64,000 nt of DNA from Pseudomonadota bacterium (GTDB taxonomy: Bacteria; Myxococcota_A; Polyangia; Polyangiales; Polyangiaceae), in NCBI GenBank assembly GCA_023418705.1, contig JAEZYZ010000062.1:17875-81874 (forward strand). Direction: 5' to 3'. The translations under genes were made by a program, and so were the position numbers. Under the pieces are notes generated by a model. It saw only the letters and a list, made by a program, of their open reading frames with translations, was not told the DNA's origin and did no database searches. Shown piece after piece: positions 54,333 to 63,044 of this stretch (position 1 is its first letter; each line of letters begins with the position of its first letter).

Positions 54333-55784
54333 CTAAAAGATGTCCGGACCAGGCGTCAGGATGCAGGCGGGATCGTAGCGACGCTTCTGTCGAACGAACC
54401 AGGGGAACGTCTCGCCGTAGTGGCGGATCCAGTCGACCTTCGAGAACGGCGTCGAGCCGATCGGGTACCGGTAACCGCCCACGCTCCGCGCCTTTTCGTA
54501 CAGACGACGGTTGCGCTTGAGCATGCGGGCCTCGAAGGCTGGATCGGGACCGGGGGCCGGTGCGGAGGTGAGGATGTCGAACAGGAAGACCCATTCACCT
54601 CGGGGAACTCGGAACAGCGGACGGGCGTGTCCGTGCCGCTTGAAGGCAAACAAAAGGAGGAACCCCGTCATGCCGACGTCATCTGGCTGCAAAGAAGGTA
54701 TCACCTCGCCGACATACCGTTCGACCGCCTTCTCCGGCAGAAAGACATCGAACCAGGGGTGCCTAACATTGTCCCACAGCCCGATACTTCTAAAGAAATC
54801 GATCGCAACGTCGACGGTGAGGGCATACTGGAGGAACGGTTGATCTTGGATGCTCAACAATGAAGCATCGAAGTTGAGACCGCGCAGCAGGTGGTTGTCG
54901 TGGGGTGTCGCGCCTGGGCCGTGAAACTTGACGGCGTTGAGCTGATAAAGCCACCCACCTGCCCCATCTGGAAACCAGAGGGTAAACAGGTCGTCGAACT
55001 CGCCGCGTGCGAGCAGCTTGCGCAGATCGCGGAAGAACGTGGCGTTGTCGACGTAGTGCAGCAGGTAGGTGCGCGCCTGCTCCGGCGCTGGCACCAGGTC
55101 GACCTCGGCGCGGGTGATGATCCCGCATTGACCGAGACCCGCGAGCGCCGCTTCGAAGAGATCGCGGTGGCGATGCACGGAGCACTCGACCAGGTCCCCT
55201 TTTCCGGTGACGACCTCCAGGCGGCGCACGTGATCGACCTGGACTCCGCGCCGGTTGCCCGATGAGACTCCGCCGACGGACAGCGTGCCGCCGATGGAGA
55301 GACCGAGATAGCCAGTTAGTACTGGCGGCATGAGGCCGTGCTGCAGCGTCTCTTCGAGCAGGCTATTCCAGCGCAGGCCAGCATCGACCTCGGCGGAGCG
55401 GTGGCCGATCTTGTGGATCTGGCCGAGGGGGGCCATCTCGATCATGAGCCCGCCGCGCACCAGCGACTGGCCGTACGTCGTGTGACCCTGACCGCGGGCG
55501 GAGACCTTGATGCGAAACTTCTTGGCGAAGCGCACCATCTTGACGATGTCTTCGACCGAGCCGGGGCGCAGCAGGGCGAGCGGGGTCTCATGAACGGTGT
55601 TGCCCACGTCGCTCGAGTAGGCGGCGAGCACGGCCGGGTCGAAGATGAGCTCCCCGTCCAGCCGGGGGACGGAGGAGTGGCCGTGGGCAGCCGCGGCTTC
55701 GGAGACCCAGCGCCCCGTCACCGGATTGAAACCAACCACCGTGGCGGCCGCAAGGCCGGAGATCACTTGCCGTCGACTGATCAT
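54333..55784 (-). CDS. Tat-exported FAD-linked oxidase of the cytokinin dehydrogenase (CKX) type
   Basis: 483 aa. Twin-arginine signal MISRRQVISGLAAATVVG. PCMH FAD domain with ARGQGHTTYGQS (His at the covalent-FAD position). LSIGGTLSVGGVS. CKX-type C-terminus RYDPACILTPGPDIF. Confidence 0.8.
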   Translation of the reverse strand: MISRRQVISGLAAATVVGFNPVTGRWVSEAAAAHGHSSVPRLDGELIFDPAVLAAYSSDVGNTVHETPLALLRPGSVEDIVKMVRFAKKFRIKVSARGQGHTTYGQSLVRGGLMIEMAPLGQIHKIGHRSAEVDAGLRWNSLLEETLQHGLMPPVLTGYLGLSIGGTLSVGGVSSGNRRGVQVDHVRRLEVVTGKGDLVECSVHRHRDLFEAALAGLGQCGIITRAEVDLVPAPEQARTYLLHYVDNATFFRDLRKLLARGEFDDLFTLWFPDGAGGWLYQLNAVKFHGPGATPHDNHLLRGLNFDASLLSIQDQPFLQYALTVDVAIDFFRSIGLWDNVRHPWFDVFLPEKAVERYVGEVIPSLQPDDVGMTGFLLLFAFKRHGHARPLFRVPRGEWVFLFDILTSAPAPGPDPAFEARMLKRNRRLYEKARSVGGYRYPIGSTPFSKVDWIRHYGETFPWFVRQKRRYDPACILTPGPDIF

Positions 55785-55886
55785 AGTTAGCGCTCCCGTG
55801 TGACTTGCTCGAACAATCCCCAGCCCAACCGGGGATTATCCAGGAAGGAAGCGCGCCCGTCAATCCGGCGCATCACAGATTGTTCG

Positions 55887-56915
55887 TCAGGCCGCGTCCG
55901 CGAGCGACGGCAACGCGAGCATGCCGCGGAAGTATGACATTGGGAGATGGTATTCCATCGAGATGCGGCGCAGGTCGAGCGGATCGTAGCCGCCCCGCAC
56001 CCGCGTGAGGCCGCTACAGTTCGAGAAGCCGAGCTCGTAGCCGGCGTCGGCGACGGCATCGCGGATGTGGGGGAACTGGGTGATGGGGCGACCTACCGGG
56101 TAGGACACGCTGCTCACCCTCTCGTTCAACTGGTCTTCGAGATCCTCGCGGGCGCCGCCGAGCTCCGACGCGAGATCCGAGGCGTCGATGGTTTGGAGGA
56201 TGCGGTGCGTGCGGGTGTGAGAATGGATCTCCATGCCGGCGTGGCGCAGGGCGCGGACCTGGTCCCAGCTCATCACGAGCTGGTCGGCGAAGTGCCGCTC
56301 GATGTCCGGGTCCCAGGGAGCGCCGGACGCGGCGGTCAGCTCTTCGACGAAACGTTCCAGGTCTAGGCTGTGAAACGACTTCACCAGATTCAGAAGGTAG
56401 CGCAGCGTCCGCTCTGGCTCGCGTGCGATGTCGAGCGTGATCGTGAATGGATACCGTAGCTCGACGTGCTCGTGCCGCGCGTTGCGGACCGCGTAGCTGA
56501 TGCGGTCCCACCAAAACAGCTTGCGGCGGGTGACGTAGCTGGTCGCGATGAAGAAGGTGGCCTTCACGCCGTGTTTCTGCAACACGGGCAGGGCCACGTC
56601 GTGGCACGTTCGGTAGCCGTCGTCGAAGGTGACGATCGCTGGGTTCTCTGGCAGCCGGCCGCCGTTTCTATGCTCGAGCAGCTCCTCGATGCCGATCACG
56701 GTGAAGTACTGCTTCAGCGTTCGGATCTGGAGGTCGAAGTCGGCGGGCGACGCATCGATGACGCCAGGGTCGAAGGGCTGCCCCTCGGGGTCGTCGGCGA
56801 TGCGGTGGTAGGTCAGCACCGTAAGCCAAGGGGAGCGCGATTTTGAGCGTGCTCGGAGGATGGGTTCCAGCGCGCCGGTGACGTCAAGCAGGTGGCAAAG
56901 ATCTCGTCGGGACAC
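55887..56915 (-). CDS. polysaccharide deacetylase (NodB-homology, CE4) family protein
   Basis: LTVLTYHRI, IVTFDDGYRTCHDVALPVLQKHGVKATFF, MEIHSHTRTHR, VSYPVG. The start is uncertain; GTG at 56915 is chosen. The track start at 57269 would overlap glmS and adds an Arg/Pro-rich leader. Confidence 0.75.
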   Translation of the reverse strand: MSRRDLCHLLDVTGALEPILRARSKSRSPWLTVLTYHRIADDPEGQPFDPGVIDASPADFDLQIRTLKQYFTVIGIEELLEHRNGGRLPENPAIVTFDDGYRTCHDVALPVLQKHGVKATFFIATSYVTRRKLFWWDRISYAVRNARHEHVELRYPFTITLDIAREPERTLRYLLNLVKSFHSLDLERFVEELTAASGAPWDPDIERHFADQLVMSWDQVRALRHAGMEIHSHTRTHRILQTIDASDLASELGGAREDLEDQLNERVSSVSYPVGRPITQFPHIRDAVADAGYELGFSNCSGLTRVRGGYDPLDLRRISMEYHLPMSYFRGMLALPSLADAA

Positions 56916-57246
56916 GCGGCTCGAACCAGCAATGCACGTGCCGCTCACGAACACGCCGGGGACCTGCTCGGGAATCCAGGGGACCGCGGCCAACCCCACC
57001 AAAAACGGGGCCGCAGCGGATGCAAGCTTTGCGGCTCCGTGCAACCGCTGCGAACGCCTGGGGCGCCGTGCGTGCCACGCCGCCACATCGCGTCGGCGCG
57101 GTGGCGTGTCTCGCAACGGCCCGCTCGGGCGCGGTCCGGAAAAAAACCCGATCCATCCGGCCCGGGGGTGTCGACGGCGCGTTGGCATGTGCGTTGCTGA
57201 ATCGCTTGCGCATCGTCGTCGGTCCTCACGGACGGGAGATTTGCTT

Positions 57247-59082
57247 ATGTGCGGAATCGTTGGATACATCGGAGAAAAGCCGGCGTCGCCGGTGCTGTTG
57301 GAGTGCCTGCGCCGGCTGGAGTATCGCGGCTACGACAGCGCCGGGATCGCGCTGGTGCCCTCGGACGGTCCTGTGCGCATCACACGGGCCTCGGGCAAGC
57401 TGAACAACCTGGCCCAGAAGCTCGACACGAGCGACCAGACGCCCCTCGGTATCGGCCACACGCGCTGGGCGACGCACGGACGACCGACGGAGCAGAACGC
57501 GCACCCGCACCGCAGCCAGGACGGCAAGGTGGTGGCGGTGCACAACGGCATCTTCGAAAACTTCCTGGAGCTCCGGGCGGAGCTGCAAAATAGCGGCTGG
57601 ACGCCGAGCAGCGAGACGGACACAGAGTGCTTCCCCGCGCTGGTCTCGCTTTTGATGAGACAGGGGCTCGACTTCGCGCGGGCGTTTCGCGACGCCGTTC
57701 GGCGCCTGCGCGGCATCTACGCCATCGCTTGCGTGCACGCGGACGATCCGGGGCGTGTGCTGGTCGCACGCTCGGGGCCGCCGCTCGTCGTCGGCGTCGG
57801 ACACGGGGAGACGTTCATCGCCTCCGACGTCACCGCGTTGCTCAGCCACACCCGCGACTTCGTGTTCCTGGAGGACGGCGACCTCGCGGAGGTTCGCCGG
57901 GATCGCGTCCGGGTCTTCGACCTCGACGGCAACGCGCTGGACCGCACGGCCCAGCGGGTGAACTGGAAGGCGGGGGACGCCGAGCTCGGCACGCACAAGC
58001 ACTACATGCAGAAGGAGATCTTCGAGCAGCCGCAGGCGCTGGCCAATACCCTGCTCGATCGCCTCCCGGGCGACCCGAACGATCCGATCGAGCTCGACCT
58101 GCCGTTCGCCGCCGAACAGCTCGCCGCGATCGATCGCGTCGTCATCCTGGCGTGCGGCACGTCGCTGCACGCAGGTTTGGTCGGCAAGTTCTTGATCGAG
58201 CAGATCGCCGGGATCTCAGTCGACGTGGACTACGCCTCGGAGTACCGCTACCGCTCGCCGGTGGTGCGCCCGAACACGCTGGCCATCGCCATCACCCAGA
58301 GCGGCGAGACGGCCGACACCCTGGCGGCCATGAAGGAAGCGGCGGCCCGTGGCGCCAAGACGCTCGCTATTTGCAACGTCCAAGGCTCGCAGGCGACCCG
58401 GCAGGCCGACGCGACGCTGCTGACGCACGCGGGGCCGGAGATCGGCGTCGCGTCGACCAAGGCGTTCACCACCCAGCTCGCGGTTCTGACGCTCGTCGCG
58501 CTGCACCTCGGGGAGGTCAAGGGCACGCTCTCGCGGGAGCTGAAGGCGGAGCTCGTGCTCGGCCTGCGAGAGCTGCCGAGCCAGCTCGAGCGCCTGCGCT
58601 GCCTCGAGCCGCAGATCCAAGGCCTGGCGCAGCGCTATCACGGCGCGACCAGCGCGCTCTATCTCGGTCGCGGGCCGATGTATCCGATCGCACTCGAGGG
58701 CGCCCTCAAGATCAAGGAGATCTCGTACATCCACGCCGAAGGGTACCCGGCGGGCGAGATGAAACACGGCCCCATCGCGCTCATCGACGCCTCGCTGCCG
58801 GTGATCGCCCTGATGCCGGACGACCTCCACCATGATCGCACGTTGAGCAACTTGCAAGAAGCGGCCGCGCGCGATGGGCAGATCATCGGCTTCGTTCGCG
58901 AGGGCGATCCGGGGCTGAAGGACATCGCCGCGCACCTGGTGGAGCTGCCGGCGGTGAGCCAATACCTGGCGCCGATCTTGTACGTCGTGCCGCTGCAGCT
59001 CTTCGCCTACTACGTCGCGGCCCTGCGGGGGTGCGACGTCGATCAGCCGCGCAACCTGGCCAAATCCGTCACGGTGGAGTGA
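57247..59082 (+). CDS. glmS: glutamine--fructose-6-phosphate aminotransferase (isomerizing)
   Basis: MCGIVGYIG (N-terminal Cys nucleophile), LEYRGYDSAGIA, HTRWATHG, two SIS domains (ACGTSLHAG, ITQSGETADT), C-terminal DQPRNLAKSVTVE. Confidence 0.97.
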   Translation: MCGIVGYIGEKPASPVLLECLRRLEYRGYDSAGIALVPSDGPVRITRASGKLNNLAQKLDTSDQTPLGIGHTRWATHGRPTEQNAHPHRSQDGKVVAVHNGIFENFLELRAELQNSGWTPSSETDTECFPALVSLLMRQGLDFARAFRDAVRRLRGIYAIACVHADDPGRVLVARSGPPLVVGVGHGETFIASDVTALLSHTRDFVFLEDGDLAEVRRDRVRVFDLDGNALDRTAQRVNWKAGDAELGTHKHYMQKEIFEQPQALANTLLDRLPGDPNDPIELDLPFAAEQLAAIDRVVILACGTSLHAGLVGKFLIEQIAGISVDVDYASEYRYRSPVVRPNTLAIAITQSGETADTLAAMKEAAARGAKTLAICNVQGSQATRQADATLLTHAGPEIGVASTKAFTTQLAVLTLVALHLGEVKGTLSRELKAELVLGLRELPSQLERLRCLEPQIQGLAQRYHGATSALYLGRGPMYPIALEGALKIKEISYIHAEGYPAGEMKHGPIALIDASLPVIALMPDDLHHDRTLSNLQEAAARDGQIIGFVREGDPGLKDIAAHLVELPAVSQYLAPILYVVPLQLFAYYVAALRGCDVDQPRNLAKSVTVE

Positions 59083-59088
59083 ACGAAC

Positions 59089-60318
59089 ATGGAACACAAC
59101 GGTCATTCTTCGATGGGCGGCGACCGCCGGGGGGGCAAGACGCCCGCGGTGCTGCTCGGCGATCTCAACATGCTCCGCTGTTTCGCCGGCACCGACGTGC
59201 CGGTGGAGGTGGCGGCGTCCGATCCCGAGGAGGTCACGCTCAAGTCGCGGCACTGCGCCAAGAGCCGCATCATCGCCCCGTTCGCGGAGGTCGATCGCGT
59301 GCTCGACGATCTCGAGCGGATCGGTCGCGACTACCCGGACAAGCCGGTGCTCTACTACGGCAATGACGCGCAGCTGCTCGTCATCTCGCGCCACCGGCAG
59401 CGGCTCGGGCGCTGGTTTCGCTTTCAGATGCCGGCTCCGGACCTGATCGAGGCGCTGGTCGACAAGAGCCAGTTTGCCGAGCTGGCTCCGCGCGCCGGCA
59501 TCCCGGTGCCCGCCACCGCGAACTCGCGGGAGGCGACCAGCGCCGACCAGATCCTCGAGCGGGTGCCGCTGCCCTGCGTGATCAAGCCGAACTGCCACAT
59601 CGGCTGGTACGCCATGCGGCGCGCGGGCGGTCCCCAGAAGGCGCTGCGCGCGGACACCCCCGAGGAGTTTCGCAGGCTGTACGAAGAAGTGCTGGGGCAC
59701 ACGAACGACTTCGTCGTCCAACAGTTCATCCCGGGCGGCGAGGATCTCATCTATAGCTTCCACGCCTACATCGACGCGAAGGGGCGCTCGTTGGGCCACT
59801 ACGTTGGCAAGAAGATCCGGACCTACCCCATGCAGGCCGGCGTCAGCACCTACCTCGAGCTCATCGAAGACCCGCGTGTCGTCGCGCTCGGCCTCGACAT
59901 CGTGGACAGGCTCGGCTTCTCGGGCCCGGTCAAGATCGACATGAAGCGCGATCCGCGTGACGATCGGTTCTACGTGCTGGAGCTGAACCCGCGCTATAAC
60001 CTGTGGCACTATTTGGGCGCGCGCTCCGGCATCAACCTGCCGCTCGCCGCCCACGCCGACTTGAGCGGGCAGCCCGTCGAGCCCCAAACCGGCTACCGCA
60101 CCGGCGTGCGCTGGCTGTCGTTCGGCAATGACTTCCGCTCGTTCATCCGCGACTACCGCCCCAACGGCGGCGTCTCGATCGGCGACTACCTCGGATCGCT
60201 CCGCAGCGAAAAGGTCTACGACGTGTTCGCTTGGGACGACCCGGTGCCGTGGGCGGCCTCGGTGCTCCAGTACGGCAAGGCGCTCGGCAGTCGGCTGCTC
60301 GGGTCGGCGGGTCGCTGA
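59089..60318 (+). CDS. ATP-grasp family carboxylate-amine ligase-like protein
   Basis: 409 aa, starts 7 nt after the glmS stop. PCVIKPN, VVQQFIPGGEDLIYSFHAY, VKIDMKRDPRDDRFYVLELNPRYNLWH. Confidence 0.7.
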   Translation: MEHNGHSSMGGDRRGGKTPAVLLGDLNMLRCFAGTDVPVEVAASDPEEVTLKSRHCAKSRIIAPFAEVDRVLDDLERIGRDYPDKPVLYYGNDAQLLVISRHRQRLGRWFRFQMPAPDLIEALVDKSQFAELAPRAGIPVPATANSREATSADQILERVPLPCVIKPNCHIGWYAMRRAGGPQKALRADTPEEFRRLYEEVLGHTNDFVVQQFIPGGEDLIYSFHAYIDAKGRSLGHYVGKKIRTYPMQAGVSTYLELIEDPRVVALGLDIVDRLGFSGPVKIDMKRDPRDDRFYVLELNPRYNLWHYLGARSGINLPLAAHADLSGQPVEPQTGYRTGVRWLSFGNDFRSFIRDYRPNGGVSIGDYLGSLRSEKVYDVFAWDDPVPWAASVLQYGKALGSRLLGSAGR

Positions 60319-60322
60319 GCCC

Positions 60323-61156
60323 ATGCGCATCGCATTCATCTCCGACGTGCACGCGAACCTCGAAGCGCTCGAGGCCGCGCTGGGCCGCATCCGGGAGCTG
60401 GATGTCGACCGGGTCGTCTGTTTGGGGGATCTGGTGGGGTACAACGCCGACCCGGACGCTTGCGTGGCGCGACTGCGCGCCCAGGGGGTAACGTGCATCG
60501 CCGGCAACCACGATCAGGCGGCCGCGGGCTTGTTTGAGCCGGTGCAGTTCGGACAAAGGGGCCGGCGCGTCATCCTATGGACGCGCCGGCACGCCTCGCA
60601 CGAGACCCTCGCGTACCTGAAGGAGCTGCCCGTCTTCGTGCGCCTGACCGACGAGAGCTGCGCGGTGCACGCCGCGCTGCACCCGGAGCCGAACACGCGC
60701 TATCACCTCACGCGCCCCGAACGCGTCGCCGCGAGCTTCGAGCGGCTCTGCGTCGATCCCGAAGAAGCTCGCATCTGCTTCTTCGGCCACACGCACCGCC
60801 CCGTGGTCTGGGAGCGAGACAGCGCGGGCATGCGGCAGCGCCTCGGAGCCCCCGAGGGCACCGTCGAGCTCCGCCCCGATGCCTGGTACCTGATCAACCC
60901 CGGCACCATCGGGCAGCCCCGTGAAAACGACCAGCGCGCGGCGTTCGCCGTCTGGGACCAGGCGCGCGCGCTCGTGCATTTCGAGCGCGTCGAGTACGAC
61001 TGGCGGAGCGCCGAGCGAAAGGCGGAGGCCGCGGGGCTCCTGGCCGAGCCGCCGTTGCTCGAACGCTCCATGATGTACCTGACCAACCAGCTCGACACCG
61101 GGCGCGAGCTCGTGGGCCGCGTGGTGCGGCGGGGGCGCGCGGCGCTGAGCGGATGA
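60323..61156 (+). CDS. calcineurin-like metallophosphoesterase (YfcE/MJ0936-like)
   Basis: MRIAFISDVHAN, CLGDLVGY, AGNHD, FFGHTHRP, INPGTIGQPR. It starts 5 nt after the ATP-grasp stop. Confidence 0.85.
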   Translation: MRIAFISDVHANLEALEAALGRIRELDVDRVVCLGDLVGYNADPDACVARLRAQGVTCIAGNHDQAAAGLFEPVQFGQRGRRVILWTRRHASHETLAYLKELPVFVRLTDESCAVHAALHPEPNTRYHLTRPERVAASFERLCVDPEEARICFFGHTHRPVVWERDSAGMRQRLGAPEGTVELRPDAWYLINPGTIGQPRENDQRAAFAVWDQARALVHFERVEYDWRSAERKAEAAGLLAEPPLLERSMMYLTNQLDTGRELVGRVVRRGRAALSG

Positions 61157-61164
61157 GGTAGATT

Positions 61165-61186
61165 CAGCGGAGCAAGAACTCCGCTG
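61165..61186 (+). terminator. possible terminator hairpin after the glmS operon
   Basis: CAGCGGAG-caagaa-CTCCGCTG (8-bp stem) begins 9 nt after the stop. No T-tract follows. Confidence 0.3.
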
Positions 61187-61235
61187 CTACAATGAGTGAC
61201 CGATACCGCGCATGGGGCGTGAGCCAACCGCATTT

Positions 61236-61460
61236 TTAGGCGCGTGGATGACTGATACGCCGGCAGATCGTCATGTAGAGTCCCAACAGGACGAGAGCGC
61301 CAAAGACGCCGACTATGATCCTCCAGGGATCCAACCGCTCGGCCAAGTTGGAGGGGTCCGCTGCAAGACCATCGAGAGAGGGACTGCGCAACCTCTCGTC
61401 GGGCGAACACTGGGTGCGTTGCGTACAGCCATCGTTGGGTCCGGACCTAGCAGATGACAT
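61236..61460 (-). CDS. possible small tail-anchored membrane protein
   Basis: MSSARSGPNDGCTQRTQCSPDERLRSPSLDGLAADPSNLAERLDPWRIIVGVFGALVLLGLYMTICRRISHPRA. One clear C-terminal TM helix. Third-position GC is only moderate. The longer track ORF extends to 61580. Confidence 0.25.
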   Translation of the reverse strand: MSSARSGPNDGCTQRTQCSPDERLRSPSLDGLAADPSNLAERLDPWRIIVGVFGALVLLGLYMTICRRISHPRA

Positions 61461-61622
61461 GTCAACGCAGTACGCGACAAGCTCACTTCCGCGCGCCGTG
61501 AGGGACGTTACTATGGGAGCACTCTCCCGTTCAGGCGCAGTACGCGCCTGCTTCGACGGGGAACAGGCCAGCAATGTCAAGAAATCGCAATCGTTGGGCC
61601 CAGGGTTGAGCCCGGAGGGACC

Positions 61623-62933
61623 ATGGCCGAAGCGAACTCCGCGCTCGCAGGAGAAAGCCCGCCATCGTGTCGGACAACCGATCCAGGCGAGGTCGGGGCA
61701 GCGCGCTGCCGTAGGCGGTTGGCTTCGCTGCTCCCGGCATGGCTTCTGATACTCGCAACGTGCTGGGCGACCGCGGCGTGCGCCGTGGGATCGTGGCTTC
61801 CCGGTCGAAATGCGTCGGGCGCTCCGGAGGGAGAAGGAGTCACTCTAGCAACGCCTGGGGTAAAGACCAAGACCTCCCAAGCGGCGTTACAACGAGACGT
61901 CCAGCGCTTCTCCGACGATTTCGTTTCACGAATATCCGAAGCCATGGACCCCCTTCTGCGCTCGGACCGTGCCGAGGTCCGGCAAGCGGCGATGCACCAG
62001 GTGCTGCTCTACGTCTCATCCTCCACGGACATCGCGACAGGAGCGCAGCCAGAGCTCAGCTTGCTCGACATGATCGTTTTCGTGACGCTGTCCCGCGAAA
62101 CGGTCATTCACCATTGGGTTCCTGACGTCTACGGGGTGGACGGCCGACCCCTCGCGAGTGCGATGGCACACTTGGAAGAGTCCATCTGGGAGATATCAGG
62201 TGGCCTCCTGAGTGCCTCGCAGCAGCAGCATCTCGCCGACGCCATCAGCGATTGGCGTGAGCGGAACCCGGAACGCACTCGGGTCGAGGATGTTCGATTC
62301 CTTCAGTTCTCGGGTGTCGCCGGAGAGATTAGCGAAGAACACGCAAAGCGGGCGAGAGGACTGTTCGCGAGCATCAAACAGGCCTCCGCGGCAGCGGACC
62401 ACGCTGTGCTCCTGGGCGAGCGTGCCGTGTTCCTGGCCAATCGTATGCCCTTCCTCGTGCGCCTTCAGGCGCGTGTCGGCTCTCAGGAGGTGCTCAGGGA
62501 TACCGGAAGAGCCCTGGGGCCGGTGCAGGACTTGCTGCCAAAGGCAGACGAAATAGGACCGGTGGTTCAGGACCTTGCGACGTTGATGGAGCGGGCCACC
62601 CAGGCGGCGCGTGAAGCACGGGAGCTCTCCGAGGCCGTCCGCAAGCTGATGCCCGAGTCCTCCTCGCCAAGCGAGACCGTCGGTGGGCTTCGTGACGTGC
62701 TAGAGCAGCTAGACTCCATAGCAAGGCGAACGGAGAGCGTCGTCGAAGAGCTCAGGGTCATGGCACCCGGTGGAGAGCACGATGTCGTCGATCGCATCGA
62801 CCGTATGGTGCGGGGTTGGCTCCTTGCTTCCTTCGGCGTTGGCGCCATCCTGATCGTCCTTTTCTGGGTTGGCTACTACGCCGTTCGAGAGCGCGGGGCC
62901 GTTCGGGAGCGTGGCGTGGTGCGGCAGCGCTGA
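61623..62933 (+). CDS. hypothetical membrane or lipoprotein, helical, unknown function
   Basis: 436 aa. N-terminal hydrophobic segment ending TAACA. Long helical body. C-terminal TM WLLASFGVGAILIVLFWVGYYAV, followed by the duplicated RERGAVRERGVVRQR. Confidence 0.55.
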   Translation: MAEANSALAGESPPSCRTTDPGEVGAARCRRRLASLLPAWLLILATCWATAACAVGSWLPGRNASGAPEGEGVTLATPGVKTKTSQAALQRDVQRFSDDFVSRISEAMDPLLRSDRAEVRQAAMHQVLLYVSSSTDIATGAQPELSLLDMIVFVTLSRETVIHHWVPDVYGVDGRPLASAMAHLEESIWEISGGLLSASQQQHLADAISDWRERNPERTRVEDVRFLQFSGVAGEISEEHAKRARGLFASIKQASAAADHAVLLGERAVFLANRMPFLVRLQARVGSQEVLRDTGRALGPVQDLLPKADEIGPVVQDLATLMERATQAAREARELSEAVRKLMPESSSPSETVGGLRDVLEQLDSIARRTESVVEELRVMAPGGEHDVVDRIDRMVRGWLLASFGVGAILIVLFWVGYYAVRERGAVRERGVVRQR

Positions 62934-63044
62934 GAGGTGCGCGGAGGCTCGAACCCGACCGCGCCGAGGGAGATGGAAGCGCCACCAGCAACGCCGCGAC
63001 CGTCAAGGCCGCGAGCAGCGGAATTGGGGCGGTGTACAGCCAGC

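Noticed and set aside
56860-57246. Upstream extension of the glmS ORF (track start at 56860), and the idea of a glmS ribozyme or riboswitch leader
   Set aside because: GlmS must begin MCGIVGY, because the Cys is the N-terminal nucleophile. The extension is Arg/Pro-rich. From memory the glmS ribozyme is a feature of Gram-positive leaders. I see no recognisable conserved core here, and the region overlaps the possible 5-prime end of the divergent deacetylase gene. This was not tested with a covariance model.
58216-60507. 763-aa minus-strand ORF opposite glmS and the ATP-grasp gene
   Set aside because: It is antisense to glmS, which is unambiguous from its N-terminal Cys through SIS domains to its C-terminus. 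The translation is Arg/Asp/Val/Ala-rich without motifs.
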